NCBI GenBank assembly: GCA_964535205.1
Contig: CAZHSS010000001.1
Location: 1 to 35,253, forward strand
Length of the DNA: 35,253 nucleotides
Origin: an uncultured Verrucomicrobiota bacterium
GTDB taxonomy: Bacteria; Verrucomicrobiota; Kiritimatiellia; CAIQIC01; Lenti-01
Reading direction: 5' to 3'
Under the pieces are notes generated by a model. It was given only the letters and a program-made list of their open reading frames with translations. It was not told the DNA's origin and ran no database searches. How positions within the stretch are numbered: position 1 is the first letter of the stretch; the number at the start of each line of letters is the position of its first letter. Shown here piece after piece: positions 35,228 through 35,253 of the stretch. The translations under genes and the position numbers were made by a program.

Positions 35228-35253
35228 TGGACAGAGTGGACAGGGAGCGGTCA

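Noticed and set aside
1-35253. Search by eye for tRNA/rRNA genes, CRISPR arrays, integrases, transposases and known defence-system genes
   Set aside because: No tRNA-like T-arm consensus, no regularly spaced repeat-spacer array, and no ORF with recombinase, transposase, nuclease or ATPase-type defence motifs was recognised. The low-GC islands therefore cannot be labelled mobile elements on present evidence.

Overview
The window is a compositional mosaic. About two thirds is very GC-rich DNA (about 3.1-15.0 kb and 22.3-35.2 kb). It encodes a large cell-surface glycan biosynthesis and modification locus:
- five GT1/GT4-type and two GT2-type glycosyltransferases;
- a CDP-hexose branch of rfbF, a C-methyltransferase-type enzyme, an RmlC-like epimerase and a COG4310/DUF4910 protein;
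- three integral-membrane GT-C-like proteins;
- a polyprenyl-phosphate GT2 plus DUF2304 pair;
- two SGNH hydrolases, a CE4 deacetylase, a hexapeptide acetyltransferase and a truncated acyltransferase-3;
- an outer-membrane beta-barrel and a beta-propeller lipoprotein.

Two much lower-GC segments interrupt or flank this locus. Segment 1-3.08 kb encodes a Big_2/zincin metallopeptidase-motif protein and a secreted HEAT-repeat protein. Segment 15.0-22.3 kb encodes a roughly 1377-aa signal-anchored protein (thrombospondin-type-3 repeats, a LamG domain, and about 700 aa with no recognisable domain). Four tandem paralogous secreted proteins of about 180 aa follow it on the same strand. I cannot assign these paralogs to any family.

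The paralog array shows recent gene conversion, a relic gene start and a covarying cysteine pair. This module is the best candidate for an undescribed system, possibly a secreted effector with cognate or immunity-like proteins, but that reading is inference only.

Other notable signals:
- a G13 homopolymer at the island edge;
- three perfect tandem 11-mers plus about 105 bp of helically phased A/T tracts at the 3 kb GC boundary;
- many 4-nt start/stop overlaps.

I recognised no rRNA, tRNA, CRISPR array, integrase or transposase. The many long ORFs antisense to GC-rich genes are shadow ORFs.
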